64,000 nucleotides of DNA, taken from Amoebidium appalachense. Taxonomy: Eukaryota; Protista; Ichthyosporea. A program made the position numbers and the translations under genes. Below, one piece after another: positions 45,566 to 63,600 of this stretch. Each line of letters opens with the position of its first letter. Within the stretch, counting starts at the first letter, position 1. The DNA is taken from contig CAVNZM010000009.1 of the NCBI GenBank assembly GCA_963693365.1, forward strand, positions 994,231-1,058,230. The letters run 5' to 3'. Below the pieces are notes generated by a model that saw only the letters and a program-made list of their open reading frames with translations, was not told the DNA's origin and made no database searches.

Positions 45566-46987
45566 TTAAACCTCAGACACCACGCTTGAACCAAACGTTA
45601 ACGTCTTCATGCTTCTAGCCGATGACTTCTGCTCTTTCACTGCCATACCTCCCACAGACTTAAAACTTTGCGGCATTCCTTCCTGTGACATTCGCGAAGA
45701 TGTGTATGCTGCGGCCAAGTCAATACGTATTGGGTTACTAAGCCTCCTGTGTTTGCCGCGTACCATAGCACTCAATGTAACAAAGAAAAGAGAAAACAAC
45801 ATAAAAAGATGAGCATACAGAAGTAAAACATACAATAGATGCGGCCAGAGTTGGGACCCTATGGACGCAACACCATACTTGATGCTGCTCAGAACTACTT
45901 GTAGGTTATAAAGGACGGAAAGAGAAACGAGAACCCGTGTGATATCTAAATCAAGAGCGCGTAGCTCTAACCTCACCAAAAAAAGGCAAAAAACACACCA
46001 CAGATCAATCGTTCCATAAAAAAGATGAATGAAATCTTGTGCCAACCAAAGAACATGCGTTACGGGCCCATTGAGATGTTCTAGTAATGAGTCAGCCATA
46101 GCCAACCCAAATGTCTCCGTAACTAGGCAAATTAGCATTGGTAGAAGCATAACTGCCATGTATGGTAAGAACTGCTTTAAGTTCCTTGTCGCCTGCTGGG
46201 TAGAGTGACGCATGGAAGATTGAAGATCCCAACTCGGGGGGCTAATGGTTGGTGCACCATAATAGGCAACAATAACGCGCAGCATGAGATAGGTGGTGGG
46301 GAGCACAGCAAAACCTCGACTAGTCCAGGTAGGAAGAAGGATGGTAAATAAGTAAAACCACTTCTGTGAGGTGATGGACTCTGAAAACGTGTCCGAGTTG
46401 TACGTCCACAGAAGACACCCGTTGACGTAAAACATGAGGAAGTGGCCCGCTGCCGCAATGGCCAAAACGGAAGGAGGAAAACGGCCTCGTGCTGAAATGC
46501 GCCGCCGGACGGTAAAATAAACAGCAAGGGCCGATAAAAGGAATAAAACACTCAGTACACAGCCACCAAAGCAAGCCAGACCAAGTAGATGCATACCATT
46601 TTTCGCAAACTGAGTGCGTCGTTGCAATGTGTCGGCGAATCTGACATACGAGAAGTATAGAAGCACGCACACAATCACGTAAAGTGTAAGAAGAACTGGT
46701 ATTGCTAGTAGTCCAGCTCTGTGTGGTGATCTCACATCAACGCGTAGGCCCTCCCTTGCTTTCGCCTCCTGTTCACCCCGTTCCTTTTTTTCGCTGAATG
46801 TCACTTCCTGATCGACACAAACCCCTTTGGTAGCCGCTGTGACTTCGTGTTTTCCCCGTGTTTTCGTGAAAGAATCGTGGCTCAGTTCGATCATGCATTT
46901 TTCTGGCAGAGTGCACGTTGATGGTTTTTCTTTTTCGATGTTTTTGCAGCAGCCAGCAGCGATAATGCCTGCTGGGTCTGAATCCAT
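45566..46987 (-). CDS. Intronless multipass membrane protein (~473 aa, about 7-8 hydrophobic segments)
   Basis: Long non-repetitive ORF with first ATG at 46987 and repeated ~20-aa hydrophobic stretches. Family not recognised. Confidence 0.75.
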   Translation of the reverse strand: MDSDPAGIIAAGCCKNIEKEKPSTCTLPEKCMIELSHDSFTKTRGKHEVTAATKGVCVDQEVTFSEKKERGEQEAKAREGLRVDVRSPHRAGLLAIPVLLTLYVIVCVLLYFSYVRFADTLQRRTQFAKNGMHLLGLACFGGCVLSVLFLLSALAVYFTVRRRISARGRFPPSVLAIAAAGHFLMFYVNGCLLWTYNSDTFSESITSQKWFYLFTILLPTWTSRGFAVLPTTYLMLRVIVAYYGAPTISPPSWDLQSSMRHSTQQATRNLKQFLPYMAVMLLPMLICLVTETFGLAMADSLLEHLNGPVTHVLWLAQDFIHLFYGTIDLWCVFCLFLVRLELRALDLDITRVLVSLSVLYNLQVVLSSIKYGVASIGSQLWPHLLYVLLLYAHLFMLFSLFFVTLSAMVRGKHRRLSNPIRIDLAAAYTSSRMSQEGMPQSFKSVGGMAVKEQKSSARSMKTLTFGSSVVSEV

Positions 46988-49396
46988 CGCTCTAGTGGTG
47001 TCGTGGTGCTTGTGCTGAATCCATGGACGGTTTTCATGGACATCCTGCAAGGTAGTGCATAATGATTGATAAAATGCTATCGTGTACTAATGGGCTTTCT
47101 GTTCTATTCCGTATTGTATAAAATATTGTGATTCATAGGTGAATCATCCTAAGCTGGCATTGTTGCACGTTCTGTTGTGTTTGGTAGACGAAGGGAAGGT
47201 GCGATATGCCGTTCTGAGATTTTCTGTCACGCAGCACGTTGGTGTAATGCTGTAGTGCTGGGCGTATGTATGCATCATTATACTAGGTGGTCAGCGAAGA
47301 ACAACTTCTAGAAATGGTCACGCGTGGTGCACTGAACAACTGAGAAGTTCGAGTCTAGATCTGAGTAGTGTCTGTGTCGATCGATGCTGGCAAGGCCATA
47401 GGCTGCAACGGTACGTCGACAACTTGGAAAGTAAACCAGAGTTCGAAATTCTAGGAAACCACATCAAACGTTTTGGGCTCGGACGTTGTAGAGTAATCAG
47501 CACTGAGCAGCACTATTTTTTCCTAGCCAGGGGACAATAAAACACAACAATAGACTGCTTTTGAATGTGGGGCAATATGTATGAGGAAAAAAATATCTCT
47601 TGGGTAGATAAATATATTTTAATTACTGAAAATGTACAATGTACTGTACATACTCTGGGGTGGGGGGAGGGGGGGGGGGGGGGGGGGGGGGGGCGGTACT
47701 GTGCAGCTGATGCGTTATCAGAAATCAACTTGAAGCTTCGATCGACCGAGGCCCGTCGTGCCACGCGGCACGCGTGTACATGTCAACGCGTGTCGAACGT
47801 ACGTGCGTTTAGCTATCATGGCATATACATACGTGTAGCGCACGTACGTGGCCGATAAGGCTGTATTAAAGGTGTACATGTAACACATGGGAAATTCGAA
47901 TGTGTGTGTTGTGGGTGTGTGTAAAGGGGGAGGGGGTGCCATTTGTTTTTACGATACACTCTCTGGGAGAGGCCCCCGAGAATGGTCGGCAGCGGTTTGC
48001 TGCATATGCTGAGCCATCACACGATCATGAGTGAGCTCAAGCAAAACAATATTCGAACCCTGCGAGCTTCACGTCTAGACTCTCGAGTCTAGACCCACAC
48101 CATAATTCCCCAACTGCCAACCAGATGCGAGTATGTACTGCACAATTTGTAACAGAATTTTGATGCGTGTTGCGCAATGCAGCAGCGCTAATTAGCCGGC
48201 GCCGGCTCGGCGCCTGGCGGCCTACTACACGCCGCACAGCGAGGCACTGGGCCGATGCCGCTACACGCGGCAACAGTATGCTCCAGGGACAGCGACACAA
48301 GAAATAAGGTAATATGCTATTTAGAACTCTGTCGATTATATTGTATTCGAAATGCACGCGAAAGTGAAGCCTACCCATACATATCATAACAACAAAGTGT
48401 TTGCAAGAACACCATACTGATCCAGATCACCATGTGAGGAATTTGTAGCCCATTTTTGGTCTGTTTATGTCAGTTTCTATTGGTTTCTTTCTACAGTGGA
48501 ATGAGTGGATTCTGCTACCACCGAACTTTCCAGTTGGCAATGACGCTCATGGGCCCCTAGCACTGCCGTTATCGACCAGTGCTGGCAGTGGTCTCTGAGA
48601 TTGAGTGGAATCGCTCACGAGCTCGGGGGCAGGGCCAAAAAAGGAAGAAGAAGAAGAAGAAGAAAAAAAGAATATGTACCTAGGGGCTCCCTATCAAGGC
48701 TTTAATTATACCTCGTAAATTACATAGTCCTGTACCTTGTTGGATGGATTCAGTACACCACAACCCCAGTATTTTTTGATCGCTCCGTGATCATATGATC
48801 TCTACAAAAATAGTCGACTAGTCTGAGATCTGCAGCAGGGGAGGGCTCATAACAGCTCACAACACTGTCACAGCCGAGCCATACATGATCACCGTCACTA
48901 ACCATAAGGTCGCACTTGGAACTGCATGTTTTCCGTGATTTTTTTCTGTTTTCCGTGACTTTTTTCTGCGATCAGGAGTGCCAAAGCTGCCTGTACTACT
49001 AGTATGATGCACTAAAGCTTTGAGCTCTGGGCGAGACTCTAAAAAAGCTCACACACGCACCGCCCTCGCAGACGGTTATGGTGTACAGTGCACCAAGTCT
49101 TTTTTTTCCATTGGATGATCCCCAGATCTAGATCTTTCCTCACGCCCGAGCATAGGAACTCAAGCACACCGCCTTATTAGTGGTTCGGTTCGTGTGACAA
49201 GCCAGATTGCCAGATTGCCAGATTTTTTTTTACCAGTAAAATTCAGCCATTCAGATCGAGCCATTATAAAACTAAATTTCGTATTAATGCCAGAATTTAT
49301 CCACCCCCTTTCCAGATGCCGGATTTTAGGCTGGTACTTCATGTCCTGGGGTCCCCCGAAGGGGCCCGGGGGGGGGGGGGGGGGGGGAACAAAACT

Positions 49397-49427
<31 letters not shown>

Positions 49428-49548
49428 CGGGGGCGGGAACAAAACTGGGGGGGGGGGGGGGGGGGGGTAAACCACGGGTACCGGGTACCAGTTCCACTAT
49501 TAATATGGATCAAAATGAGAACTTCATACATAATGGCAACTTCGAATT

Positions 49549-49585
<37 letters not shown>

Positions 49586-49602
49586 CTGTGTGTCCGTGTG
49601 TG

Positions 49603-49673
<71 letters not shown>

Positions 49674-49706
49674 ATGTGTGTGTGTGTGTGTGTGTGTTCA
49701 TGGGTG

Positions 49707-49756
<50 letters not shown>

Positions 49757-50271
49757 TGCGCACGTGTGTGTGTATACCTGCACAGACACATTGCGTAGTT
49801 ATCTTTCTGTATGTATGCAGGCGCACCGATACACATCTATGTATGTGTGCATAACATGACTCATGATACTGATGTCCCGCGCGCCAGGCCGCGCCTACAT
49901 TTCCGTGTGTACGTGTGTACCTCTCTGTGTGTGTGCTTGCGGCACATACATGTGCATGTGTGTGTGTCTATGTGTGTGTGCGCGCGTGCGTGTGTGTGTG
50001 CAAGTGTGTCTGTGCGCACTTGTGTTAACTTCAGTACGACAACACGGATTCTCTGATCATCAGTAAATATGCTTCCGGGCACATATGCCAGCTCTGAAAT
50101 TTAGGTACTGGTATTGTCATTATCATCTCTATAACATAACATGTATTATCATTTATTGCTACAAGCTCAGGCTAAAAAAGAATACGAAACTAGCCTATAC
50201 CTATACTTATTCATGAACCTAAAAGCCAAGCTACGCCTCCACAGCGTACTACTAGGCTAGATAAGTGTGTG

Positions 50272-50325
<54 letters not shown>

Positions 50326-50370
50326 CGCGCGTGTGCGTGTGCGTGTGCCGTGTGTGTGTGTGTGTGTGTG

Positions 50371-50461
<91 letters not shown>

Positions 50462-50607
50462 TGTGTGTATGTGTCTGTGCGTCCTAATAGTATGCATGTG
50501 TGCATGCGTGCCTGCCTGTGTGCATGTGTACGTGCATGAGCCCATGGCCCATGCAAGAGTGCGCACCAAAGTGTGTGCCCCACTACTAGTAGTATTCTCT
50601 GCCCTAA

Positions 50608-51635
50608 TCAATTGTTGGCAAAAATGGCCCGTGTACCATGTGCAGTGGGAAACACACACACTCCATGCCCACACCCAGGACATGCAACCCTAATGTAAAA
50701 CCATTCAGGACCAATAGCAAAACCACAGCCGCAAGCACCATTAGGACACCTTACTGCATGCGGTTGCATAGGGTAGGCTGGGTATTTAGGTGCGGGCAGA
50801 ATCGGGCGGTGTTGTGTGCTGTGCAGGTGAGGCGCCGGTCGTTGTTGTGGGGGGGGTTGTTGGGTAGCGTGAAGAGAAGGCTGTGAAGCCCTGAAAGCAA
50901 ACGATTGTATTCGCACTACAGACTCATCATAGCTGTGGTCTACCCATAACTCTTTACCCATCGGTCCGTTGGTTTTCTTTTTCGTGCTGCTCTTTGCGCT
51001 TGGACCGGGAACTTTGCGCAAACTCATTTTGGATTTTTGCGAACCATTAATGTGCTTGCTCTGTGATTGGCTAAGATGCTTGCTCTGTGATTGGCTAGGA
51101 TGTTTGCTCTGTGATTGGCTGGCTGGTGGAGCTGCAAAATCCTCCATCCTGCATCCATCACCGACATCATACTCTAGACTCATTTCTACAGCCTGCGCAA
51201 TTGAAGCACGGAACTGACGGTCTTTCATGATTAGGTCTAATTTACCTTTCACTTGCTTTTCCTGCTTTGGTCGGAGGGCCAGTAGTTTTATCTGTTTTGT
51301 TTCAGCTAGGTCACGCAGTGCGTTGTAGTTGGAAAGCAAATTGGCGGTGGTCAGATTGATGCCGTTTGCTGCAAGTGCATCTATCAGATGCTCCGCTACT
51401 GTGGACTCAGTGTGGTGTGCTGAGTAATGCCCAGACGGTCCGACAAGTCCCTTTGAAGTGCTGCCTCATTTGATTGGTCTGATAACACATCGCGATCTAT
51501 GTGCCGCAACACAGAATGGAAAAGACAGTTGCCGTCTGCAGGTGTGTCTTCCGCAGCGATACCCCAGACACGAATAATACGGTCACGGCGCATGGCCACT
51601 ACCTCAGGCGGCCCTGCCCGTGCCCTGCAGTGCAA
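50608..51635 (-). pseudogene. OTU-like cysteine protease fragment joined by a frameshift to a low-complexity ORF
   Basis: EDTPADGNCLFHSV matches the OTU catalytic motif D-G-N-C-L-F. After a shift at ~51415 it continues VAEHLIDALAANGINLTTANLLSNYNAL into the 243-aa ORF. No catalytic His segment was found. Confidence 0.5.
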
Positions 51636-51949
51636 AAGCCCCCATACTTCCAGTAAATACAGTTATTTGCCCATATGTTTTTTTTCAATGCGCTATGCAC
51701 TACTAATACGACGTATAGAACACACCACAACTGAAAGCCCTCCACCGGCATACAACATGCTTACCTATTTAGTCCAAAACTATATTTTGGCGATCATTGT
51801 GCGAATGTGTGCGTGTGAAGGTGAGTGTGTGCAAATGTGCGTGTCTATGTCAACTGTGCATTTTTTGATAGTGCACACATCTGTACGTGTTTTGAAGGCC
51901 GTGATAATGTAATACTTGTTGGTGACGCTTTCTGCAGAAAGGGGAAGGG

Positions 51950-52010
<61 letters not shown>

Positions 52011-52309
52011 TGGGCGCGCGTGTGTGGGAATACGCCCGGGGGGGGGGGGGGGGGGGTAAAAGTGCTTGCGCGCGTGCCTGTGTATGTGGTCGGGTGCCGT
52101 GTGTGTGTGTGGGGGGGGGGGGGGGGGGGGGGGGGGGGAAGGGGGAGCTCAAGGTGCCCCCCTCCAATATTGGGGGGGGGGGGGGGGGGGGGAGACATAC
52201 GTTCGAGTCTGAAGAGAGCGTGCGTATTGCTTGTCAACAACAACCACGGTTGTTGGGAGCCCCCCGGACTTTAGGTGAAGTGATGGGGGTAGTTGTTTGG
52301 CTAAGAGGT

Positions 52310-52535
52310 CCTTGGCTCTAAGCAAAATAGACACACCACGGGCGACACCCATGAGCTGTCTGGGTGAAAGGGTGTGGCTAATGCTGTTATCCTCCTCGCT
52401 GTCTGTAGAGTTGTCGAGCTCGCAGCCTAACAGGTCCAAGTCCTCCTCAATGGCGATGGACAGTTCTGGTATGGTGTGGGTGTGGGTTTGGTGTAATGGT
52501 TGATGGTTTGGGCAGGCGGAAAAGGGTTGGGGGCT

Positions 52536-52572
<37 letters not shown>

Positions 52573-52932
52573 CGTATGTGTGTGTGGGTGTGTGCGTGTA
52601 CATGCATCATAATTCATCTAAAGCGGTTTAGAGAGAGGGTAGGCATGGTGGTTGTGTGGGTGGGGAGGGGAGAGAGGGGGCATCATCTGCGCGTGTTTGT
52701 GTGTAAGCGTGTGGGTGGGTGGGTGGGTGGGGGGGGGGAGGGGGACGGGTGGTTAGTTTACGCTTGCACTGATGAGTGTACAAGAAGAAACAACGGCAAG
52801 TTTTGGTTTATCAAACATGATTTCGCACAGGTTGCTGTCAAGCTGCAACCGAAAGCACACTTCCTTGCTTGGTATGTGTCTATACATCTCTTAATTAATC
52901 CAAATTATATTTTGTGTGTTCTTTGTCATACC

Positions 52933-52966
<34 letters not shown>

Positions 52967-53320
52967 TCCTAATAAGGGTATATATGTGTGTGCGCACGTA
53001 GGGACCGGGGGGGGGGGGGGGGAGGAGGGTGGGGAAGGGGGGGGGGGGGGGGGGGGGGGGACTACGGGAAGGATGCCTTGTAATTTGTTTACCCCATCCA
53101 TTAAAGACTTCTTGTATCCAATTCGTGGAAGACAAAAACTTACAATGTGAAAGATAAACAGATGATCCCAGCCCAGAGTAGAAGAAGAAAATGTGTTTGT
53201 GTGGGTGTGTGGGTGGGTGTTGGTGGGTGGGTGTATGGGTGGAGAGGTGGGTGGGTGGGTGTGTGTATGTGTGTATGGGTGGAGAGGTGGGTGGGTGGGT
53301 GTGTGTATGTGTGTTTGGAA

Positions 53321-53351
<31 letters not shown>

Positions 53352-54174
53352 GAGAGAGGAGGCACCCATAAATGTCGAAGATGCCCTTGGAAGGTCAGCC
53401 TGCGCACCAATCAAATCCACTGCAGGGAGCCGGGAATCTGCCCGTGCAGTGGTGTTGATTCCGCATCCGAAAGTTTCAGTCGGTTGAGCCCTACTTTCCC
53501 TATACTCATTTGCTGCTTGCGGATTGGTAAGGAGATCCTCGTACATATCCGCGATGGGCCGGTACATAACATCGGGAGCAATGATATCACTCTCTCTCGG
53601 GTCTCTTTCTCTCTCTAAACCTGATAGATAGTCCATGGGTCGTCCTTCCCCCCCCCCTCCCCCCCGCCCCCCGCCCCCCCCCGGTTCCCTCCTCCCCCTC
53701 TCAACCTTGCCCCTCCGCAACTATAACCCCAACCTTACGTGCACCCATTGCCTCCGTTGGCATCCCTTTTGGCCGTCAAAAGTGTGTGGCCCACCCACTT
53801 ACCAGCTTGTTGAACTCATTTCCACTTGTGACAAGTTTCCTCATGTTCTCCCTTAGCTGATTCGTAGTGTCTGGAAAATACACCACAGGACAAACGGGTT
53901 GCTCCCTTGCATGGCGCTCCAAACATTCGGTTATCCATGCCTGACATTCGCTACTGCCCCACGCTGGGTATACAGAACCAGTGTGCACAATCTGACATAC
54001 AGGCCTGATTTGCTCCCCTGCAGCAATCTCAATTTCCTGTTCACTCTGGTCACCACTTATTTGTGGCGGTGATTGCGTTTGCGAGAGCAGAAATTGAGCG
54101 CTTAGTACTAGCAGAAGTAAAGCCCACCACCACAACGTAAGTGGGGTAAGGGCAGCGTGTCTGACCCTGCCCAT
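52310..54174 (-). pseudogene. Coding-like fragments, possibly upstream exons of the OTU-like gene; the first has a signal-peptide-like start
   Basis: Non-repetitive open segments at ~53776-54174 (MGRVRHAALTPLTLWWWALLLLVLSAQ), ~53370-53636 and ~52310-52470. Splicing was not resolved. Confidence 0.3.
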
Positions 54175-54462
54175 TTTCAAAGGATGAGAAACACGTAGCT
54201 GCAGCTGCAATGAGAAGAAAAAGGCCTCAGCCACTGCCACACTACACGCCGCAGTGTATTGTATAGTAGCAGGTATCACGTGGTACTGCAACGACTTTCT
54301 GCATTGAAATTAGCGAGCCTACCCAAGAATGATTGTGCTAAAAAATTTCGGGTTTGCCGTTTACCGTCACACCATACTGAGTCGGCACACGCGAGGCGCC
54401 CGCCGGCCGGGCCGTGCGGGGCGATTTGGCGCCAAAGTTTGCGCAAACTATGTAAACCCTAG

Positions 54463-54640
54463 GTGCACTGAATTCAAGTTGCACTGAATTGAATTTACAT
54501 GAGCACTGGCGACGCCGACGAGTTTTTGCACTGAATTCGATGCACTGAATCATCATGTGCCGGCCCGGGTTCGCGCCCCCCGCCCGCGCCGGTCGGTTTC
54601 AGTGCCCGGAAAGCGATTCAGTGCACCCAATTCAGTGCAT
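54463..54640. repeat. MITE-like cluster of TGCACTGAAT motifs
   Basis: Four direct TGCACTGAAT on the left and two to three inverted ATTCAGTGCA on the right, around a GC-rich core. Confidence 0.6.
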
Positions 54641-55789
54641 CATACCCCCCACCCCAGGACATGCAGTACAGCCCGGATTTTAGGAAGGGGGGGGGGGGGG
54701 GGGTTTCCAGATGACGGCCGTGCAGGGATTGGGTAACCCAGGCCGCCAGAATGCAAGCGTAACCAATCAGCAGGTGCCTCCACAAAGGCTGCTTGGCCGT
54801 GTGACACAGCGTACGACAAAACGACAAAACGATACCTGTCACAACCGTAGTGTTGACAAAAGAGACGATTCCCTCTTCCTTTCATCTGATTTATTTGTAT
54901 TTTTATTTGCGGATAACTCTCTTTCGCCCTCGTCTGTACCTTGCCCTTTGTCTTTCAACCTTGTAGGGTCTCTCTTGAGACGGGAAAATGGGCGACCCAG
55001 ATGAACACCACCGGCGGGTTGTGGCTACTATATTGCTCCTAACGTGTTACTCTGCCGCATTTTTGGCCTATACGTCCATAAACGCAACCGCTCTGTATCA
55101 CACGCCTGCGTACTACCTAACTCGACCCTCTTTACTCCATCCCAAAATCGAGGAAACGCCTTGGTCCCGTTTGTGGTAAGGATGCGACAGACACAGTCAT
55201 TCCACTTTTGGCCTTGTGTCTCTCCCACTGTCTCCGTGCATCTTTCATTGACTAAGCATGCATGCCAGCCAACACAGACTCAAACGCACATGTGCACCCA
55301 TGCATCCACGCAAACCCAAACCCGCACACACACCCACATACAAGCTTGCGAGCGCAGCACACACACACAGACACACTCAGACACACACACACACACGCAC
55401 ACACACACCCACACACTCACCATGCCTTAATGCGTGCACGCGAGCACACACGAACACACACGCACACATACACACGCCGTGACATCCACCTGCGCGCATG
55501 CGTGCACTCGCGCATACACACACACACGTATTCACACACACACTCTCTCTCTCTCTCCGACTCTCCCTCCCTCCCTGTCCCTCTCTCTCTCTGTCTCTTT
55601 CTCTCTGTCCTAACAGGCCTCTAGTTTATCTCACACGTGCACACACACACCCTTCAATACGCGCACACGCGCACATAAGCTCACGCGAGCACACACACAC
55701 ACACACAAGCCCGCGCGCGCGCATGCACACATACACAAACACTCGTACGTGTGCACGCGTGATGTGGGCACCCACCCGCCCACACACAC

Positions 55790-55828
<39 letters not shown>

Positions 55829-55949
55829 GTGCCACAGCCTGTGACACACAAGCTCACTCTGAGACACACACACACACAGACACACACACACACGCACACA
55901 CACATACACCCCCCCCCCCCCCCCCTTTCCACACACAAACACGATACAT

Positions 55950-55982
<33 letters not shown>

Positions 55983-56006
55983 CACACACAAACACACACT
56001 GTGACA

Positions 56007-56054
<48 letters not shown>

Positions 56055-56058
56055 TTGA

Positions 56059-56095
<37 letters not shown>

Positions 56096-56228
56096 ACACA
56101 CACACACACAAACCAACACACACACACACGCACACAAACACACACACACACACACACACACGCACGCGCATGCTCGTGCGTGCGCATACATGCGCACACA
56201 CGCACACACACACACACACACACAGAGA

Positions 56229-56286
<58 letters not shown>

Positions 56287-56574
56287 CGCACTTACATGCC
56301 CCCCCTCCCCTCTCCCGGGCCCTTCGCCGTACGATTAGCTCCGTGGTGGTCTTACAAGTGTAGAATGCACGGGGACCTCACCCAAGTATGGGGTGGAGTG
56401 TGTGGGTGTGTGGGGTGTCGGTGGGTCGGAATGTGTGCCAGTGGGGGTGTGGGAGCGCGTGCGTGTGTGTGCATGTGCGCTTTGTATGGGTATGTGTGTG
56501 CGTGTGTGCGTGCGTGCGTGCGTGCGTACCTGGTTGCCTGCGTGCGTGCGTGCTTGCATGTGTGGGTGGATGGG

Positions 56575-56609
<35 letters not shown>

Positions 56610-56745
56610 TTACTACGTGTATGTGTGTGTGTATGCGTGTGTGTGTGTGTGCGTGTTTGTGTGTGTGTGTATGTGTGTGTGTGTGTGTGTGTGTCTGTGT
56701 GTGTGTGTGTGTGTGTTTGTGTGTGTGTGTTTGTGTGTGTATGTG

Positions 56746-56776
<31 letters not shown>

Positions 56777-57858
56777 CGTGCGTGCATGCGTCCGTGCGTC
56801 CGCGCGTCTGTGCGTATGTGCGTGCGTGCTTTCGTGTGTGCGTGCATGTGTGTGTGTGTGCGTGCGTGCGGGCGTGCGTCAGTGTGTGCGTGCCTTTGTG
56901 CGTGCGGGCGGGCGTGCGTGTGTGCGTGCGTGCTTGCGTGCTGCGTGCGGGCGGGCGGGCGGGCGCGAGTGCGTGCGGGCGTGCGTCAGTGTGCGCTTGT
57001 CCTCGTGCGTGCGTGCGTGCATTAGTGTGTGGGTGTGTGTGGGTGTGTCTGTGAGGTGGTCGTGGTGATGGTGGTGTGGTGAGGGAGGCGGGGTGAGTAG
57101 GGGGGGAGGGAAAGAAAGAAAAAAGAGAGACTGAATAAGTGCCCACTCTTCCCGCTATACTGCTATAGGCATGACAAAAAACAGCGTACTTGACAGGAAA
57201 CAACCCGAAAGATGCAAGAATGGTGCAAAGAGCGCGTTCTTTTCGGCCTGTCAAACTGTCAACTACACGCGTTAGAAAGCCTTTGAATACCCGGCCAATA
57301 AAAAGCCGAAACAGCTCCATAAAACTTTTATGTGAACAGGCTAGCCCTCATGCGTCCTATACTTTCTCTCCGCCCAATGTTTTAGAAACGAAATGGTTGA
57401 AAGATGGACACGGAAAGTTACTTCCTTCAACAGTCTGCAAAACTAACAAAAAAGACACAGTTACATATGAGAAGCAGCGAATGTAGAATGAATGCTTTTT
57501 ATACGCACGTCAGCATTCCAAAGTTGCTCTTCCATAAAAACGAGACCCATTAAAGGTCAACAAAACCCCTTGCCACCGAAAAAGGCTGCGTGTAAAACGA
57601 GACGAAGAACACGAACATGAATTTTCCCCGTGATTTTTACGCAGATTTTGCTAAAATCATCGAGCTACACGAACCGCAAATTGGCGAAGGCTTTTTAAAC
57701 AAAATTTGGCACCCTAAAAAATCTGGCAATCTGGCAACCTGGCGTCACACGAACCGAACCAGTAGTATAATGAAAAGAAAAATACGGTTTCTTTGAACCA
57801 ACTTGACGAATTCTTCACCAGACTTGAACGTAGGTAAAATAGATACATATTTCTGATA

Positions 57859-61948
<4,090 letters not shown>

Positions 61949-62382
61949 TTGCAATTGCGTAAATTGATGAAGACACTTGTAATTGCAAGATAGTGGTGGT
62001 AGCACGTAACATTGTGGTAATAATAGACTTTGTGAACGGTTGTGTTACTAATGTGAAAAAATTTTAGTAAACGAATGCAGCGTGTGTGTAATCTGCATGG
62101 TAATCGCATGATAAGCATTATTGAAGAGCTTGTTGCCGTTGTATCACGAGCCATAATGGAATATTTGCAAATGAGGTAGGCTCGTGGATACGATGGAAGC
62201 CCTAGGTATAAGGAGATGTTTGATACAAAATCTAGAACGGCAATATTTGAAACTATTTCCCAAAAGGTAAGCTTAAAACCAAAATCGTACGCTTTTGTGT
62301 GTGTCTGGGCCCTAAATGCGCCCCCCCCTCCCCCCCCTCTCCCCCGCCTATAGCTGAGAACTCAGAGGTTGAATCTCCCACC

Positions 62383-62421
<39 letters not shown>

Positions 62422-62911
62422 CTCTACATCATCGGAACGTGCTTGGTCCAATCAGGTGCGAGGGGACTTCGTTGTAAGAACCAAAGTGTTGCGAATCTCA
62501 AAGAGATGAGGTGTGGTCAGGTGTCGGGCATAAGGCAAATAGAAATCCCATGGGCACACAGGCACCCGTACCCACATGCGTGCGCATACACACACAGAGA
62601 GAGAGAGAGAGAGAGGGAAGGGGGGGGGGGGGTTCTTGTGTTTGTGCGTATGCAAGTCCGGTATCAACCACCCCTCCCCCCCCCCCCTCCTCCCCTGGGC
62701 CCCCCCGGGCCCCGGCGCCACAAGCAGGCCCTGTACAGCCCGAACACCATATAATGCATGTGTGCAGTGTGTGCACAGGCCGGCACGTGCGGGTCCCGGA
62801 GCACACACACACAGTCACCCCACATACAAGTGCACATGCACACACTGTAGCACATGTGCAAACACAGACACACGCGTGCCACACCACACACACACATCCA
62901 CACAAGCCCAT

Positions 62912-62952
<41 letters not shown>

Positions 62953-63229
62953 CACACACACACACACTATACACAAACACACAAACGTACGCACACACGG
63001 GACCTTACACACACACACGTGTACCACCCAAACACCCACACACATACATGCACACACACGTGTGTGTTATGGTGTAGGCTATATGCATTGCAGAATCTGT
63101 AATCCTGCGGCGGCTGCCATGCTGTTACGGTTGTTGTTGTTGTTTGGGGGGGAGGGGGGGGGGGGGGGGGGGGGGGGGGGAGGGGGGGGAGAGGAGGATA
63201 ACATTTCTAGATCTCGGTGACAATGAGAG

Positions 63230-63600
63230 AAAGAGGGAGAGAGATTTGTCATCTCTACCTGCTTGCATGGAGGTGGGAGGGAGATATGAGCGCACAGAAA
63301 TTTTGTTAATCCCTATGTATCTCCCTGCCTGCCACGGGAGAGGAAAGGAAATACAAGATGACATAACTACATCACCGTGTAGAGAGGGAGGGAGATATCA
63401 CCGGACTGAGATATGTTATATCTCCCAGCTTGCTGTAGAGAGGGAGGGAGATATCACCGGGCTGAGATATGTCAGATCTCCCAGCTTGCTGTAGAGAGGG
63501 AGGGAGGTATCACCGGACTGAGATATGCCATATCTCCCTCCTTGCCGTAGACAAGTTGGATGGAGATATATCATATCCCTCCGCTTCCCGTAGAGAGACT
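63230..63600. repeat. 56-bp minisatellite with an internal hairpin
   Basis: GTAGAGAGGGAGGGAG(A/G)TATCACCGG at 63379, 63435 and 63491, with degenerate flanking units. Each unit pairs GGGAGATAT with A(T/G)ATCTCCC. Confidence 0.8.

Larger units (their letters stand above)
49178..57764. mobile_element. Possible ~8.6-kb DNA-transposon-like segment bounded by ~50-bp inverted repeats
   Basis: TGGTTCGGTTCGTGTGAC..GCCAGATTGCCAGATTGCCAGATTTTT at 49181 is inverted at 57716-57761, with TA on both outer sides. No transposase recognised inside. Confidence 0.4.
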
